From the human T2T-CHM13v2.0 reference genome, Homo sapiens, in the NCBI RefSeq assembly GCF_009914755.1, contig NC_060934.1: a DNA stretch of 64,000 nucleotides; one strand, 5' to 3'. A program made the translations under genes and the position numbers. Position 1 is the first letter of the stretch. Each line of letters opens with the position of its first letter. Below the pieces are notes generated by a model. That model saw only the letters and a program-made list of their open reading frames with translations, made no database searches and was not told the origin of the DNA. Shown here one piece after another: positions 60,780-64,000 of this stretch.

Positions 60780-61395
60780 TTAGATGAGAAAATCTTTTCT
60801 AGAAATTCTTTGGTGGACTTTTCCTTATATCTCATAGATCAGAAACACATCACATAGCCAATTGCTCCCTAAACATAAACGGGCAGGGAGTTCAGAGTAG
60901 CGACAATTGGTTAAGATTAGGGGTTGGCAAAATGTAACTCATGGATCAAATACATCATGCTGCCTGGTTTTGTATGGCCCAGGAGCTAAGAAGGAATTTT
61001 ACATTTAAGCGGTTAAAAAGTCAGAAGAATATGTTATAACACATGAAAATTATATGAAATTTAAATTTGAGTTTCCACAAATGAAGTTATTTTGGAATGC
61101 AGTTATATTCATTCATTTCCACATTGTCCATCATTTTCTTCATCTTACAATGACATAAATGAGCAATTATGACTGAGACCCCATGGCCTGCAAAGACTAA
61201 AATATTTACTATCTGGTCATTTATGGAAAAAGTCTACTCAACCCTGGCTTAGGTCACTTTATTTTTGTCCCTTAGGGAAGGATCCACTTTTCTTGAGCAT
61301 ATTGCTACCTGCAAGATTCTGGAACAGCATTAGGGTTCTGTTAGCAGAACCCTGTGTGAATGATGACTACTGGGAGGTACACAGCAGTGTCAGCC
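60780..61395 (-). mobile_element. MLT1L/J-like LTR hosting MER58B
   Basis: gacttttccttatatctcat ... tcacatagcca; agggttctgttagca ... acagcagtgtc. Confidence 0.55.
60918..61246. mobile_element. MER58B
   Basis: taggggttggcaaa ... aaaatatttactatctggtc ... accctg. Confidence 0.85.
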
Positions 61396-61399
61396 TTAT

Positions 61400-62020
61400 T
61401 TGGAATATTGTAGTAACTGACTTGTTTCTCTACTCCTAGTCTGCTTACACTCCTCCCCACCCAAATCATTTTGTATGTTGCTGAAGAAAGGATCATCCTG
61501 GAATACCCTTCTTAACATGTTAGGTTTCTGTTTAGCCTTGCATCACCTGTCAAAGTCCAAACTTGATCCATCGTTTAGTGCCTTCTGTGCTCTGGATCCA
61601 ACTTACTCCCATGTGTCATCTGTACTTTAGACACATCAAGAATCTGTATTCCCTTTATTTCTGCAAATATTCCCTCCTTTCATATGTCCATATGCTTATG
61701 CTAGTTCTTTTGTTTACCTAAAGACCCCTAATTACTTTAGGAGTTACTCCACCTTAATCCTAATCATATTTTAATGTTCACCTTAACTTCTCCAGAAATT
61801 TTTCTGACTTCCGCATTTGCATAATGCATATCATTTTCTGAACCCCAAAGGAATTGGCTTGTATCTCTTATGACACTGTAACATTCTGCCTTTTTAATAG
61901 TCTCTCTGATGTTTTTCTAAAAGATAATAAGGCCCTTGAGGTTGTAAACTGTCATTTTAAAAAGTCAGTACAGTAGCTTATACCTAGTAGAAGATAGTGA
62001 CAGAGAGTATATTGGAATTT
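61400..62020 (+). mobile_element. L2
   Basis: tcaaagtccaaact, taaggcccttgagg ... tacagtagcttatacctagtag. Confidence 0.55.
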
Positions 62021-62179
62021 GGTGCCCAACTACGTAGAAAATGTCTTCAAAGCTAGACAAAGATTCTCAATCTGGAATAGTAGGAAATAAGAAAATATAC
62101 TGACGGTTTTTACTGGTATATCTGGTAGGGAGTGGTTTTGGGGAAAAGGAAGACTGATGTATTTATAAATCAATTGTTT

Positions 62180-62400
62180 AATGACAGTTACATGCTGAGT
62201 GCATTAAATGTGTTACCTCTTCAATTGCAAGATATTTATAAGTAACCATAAAATACGGGCTTCATAGGTCCATTTTATAGTTAAATAGGTTCAGAGATAC
62301 TAAGTAATTTGCCCAGGGACATACAGATAGCACAATTTGGAATAGAACCCAAATCTGTCTGAGTCTCTCGTGTAGACCAATCTCTTTCCATCACTTTAGG
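62180..62400 (-). mobile_element. MIR
   Basis: ccattttatag ... aggttcagagatactaagtaatttgcccagggacatacag. Confidence 0.7.
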
Positions 62401-62779
62401 ACAGAAGCAGCCTTCGCATGGTCCATTATGGATGACTATAAAGGCAATCCTTTCCTACCTCACAAGCAATTAAAGACTCAAGCGGGGGAAATAGGTTATG
62501 ACACAATCAGAAAGCAGTAATCAAAACTGTTGTGGAAAATAAAAAAAAAATGAGTTGCATTGTATCATGCTGGTTGTAAACATTCCACACATACATACCT
62601 TATCTAGAATTTGGGATTCATAAAATGCTGTTCTTATATAAGTTTAAAGCACTTCTGCCATACATAGCTAGGTGTGTGCAAATGTATGTATATTTATAAG
62701 TATGTTGTTTTGATGAAATTATGCAGAAGGTTAATTCATGTGTTTTCTACCTGAGTCAGGTTGATAGTACTGTATGCTA

Positions 62780-63880
62780 AAAGTATAAAACTCTTAGAAG
62801 GAAACATAAGAGTAAATCTTTGTGACTTTGGGTCAGGCAGTGGTTTTTAGATATGACACTAAAACTAAAAATTTATACAATTGACTTCATCAAAATAAAC
62901 ACATTTTGTTCTCAAAATGATTATATCAGTACAGTGAAGAAAACCTACTGAATGGGAGAAAATATCTGATAAGGGACTTGCATTCAAAATATTTGTCTTA
63001 CTATTCAATAATAAAAAGATAAATAACCCAATTAGAAACAGGGGAAAGAATTTGCATAAACATTTCAGCCAAGACAAAATACAAGTGGCCAATAAGCATA
63101 TCAAAAGGTCTTAAACATCATTAGTCATTAGAAAAGTGCAAATCAAAACTGCAGTAAGATACCAGTTCATACTGACTAGGTTGGCTATAATCAAAAGACA
63201 GATAATAACAAGTGTTAGGGATGATGTGGATAAATTGTGACCCTCATATACTGTGGGAATGTAAAAGGGTGCAGACACTTTTGAAAATAGTTTGAGAATT
63301 CCTCAAAATATTAAACATAGATTTACCATATGACCCCATAATTCCACTTCTAGGTATATATCCAAGATAAATAAAAACACACAAAAACTTCTACATGGAT
63401 GTCCATTACAGAATTATGAATAATAGCTCAAACTGAAAGCCATGCAAATGTCTATCATGATTAACGGAAAAACAAAATGTGATATATCTACACAATGGAA
63501 TATTACTCAAGCATAAAAAGGAATGAAGTCCTTATAAATGCTACAAACTGGATAAACCTTAAAAACAATGTGCTAAGCCAAAGAAACCAGTCACAAAGGC
63601 CACATACTACATGATTCTATTTATATGAATTGCCAAGATTAGTCAAATCTATAGAAACAGTAGTAGATTCATTATTGCTGGAGGCTGGGGTGGTAGGAGT
63701 TAGTGGAAATGGGGAATGACTGCTAATTGTCACATGTTTTCTTTTAGGTTGGATAAAAAATTCTTAAGTTAGATTGTAGTGATGGTTGTACAACTCTTTG
63801 AATATACTGAAAAACACTGAACTGTACAGTTTAAAAGGCTGAATTTTATGGCTTGTGAATTATATCTCAATGAAGAAAAC
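62780..63880 (+). mobile_element. L1MB7/8-like ORF2 end and 3'UTR
   Basis: tataaaactcttagaaggaaacataagagtaaatctttgtgac ... gatggttgtacaactc ... gtgaattatatctcaat. Confidence 0.88.
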
Positions 63881-64000
63881 AACTCAGTTATTTGATAGAC
63901 AACTCATTAGGAAAAACGAGAATTATATTTTTAATTAAGTTATGACCTGTGTTAGCTACTTATTTATGACTTATAACTGTATTCAAAGTAGTAATCAAAT

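Overview
AT-rich primate (human-like) non-coding genomic DNA, about half of it interspersed repeats. I found no recognisable host protein-coding exon, tRNA, rRNA, snRNA or CRISPR array. The main element is a full-length but inactivated L1PA3-type LINE-1 on the minus strand (28557-34733). It retains the 129-bp ZNF93-binding segment, and its antisense ORF0 reads out of the element into flanking DNA (169 aa). Also present are about 10 Alu/FLAM copies, older L1MB/MC/ME pieces, solo LTRs (MER41A, THE1, LTR27/MER52-like, MLT1), DNA-transposon fossils (BLACKJACK, MER44, MER8, MER58B, MER5A, MER102), MIR/L2 fragments and a 5'-truncated retrocopy of the HNRNPA1 3' UTR. Several non-B-DNA-prone repeats and a few repeat-free stretches that look regulatory occur too, including a strong CTCF motif. 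Repeat subfamily names come from my recollection of consensus sequences and need RepeatMasker/Dfam confirmation. Nothing here is strong evidence of a new biological system. The best lead is the L1 antisense promoter / extended ORF0 / unexplained GC-rich island / AATAAA arrangement at 34.1-35.1 kb.
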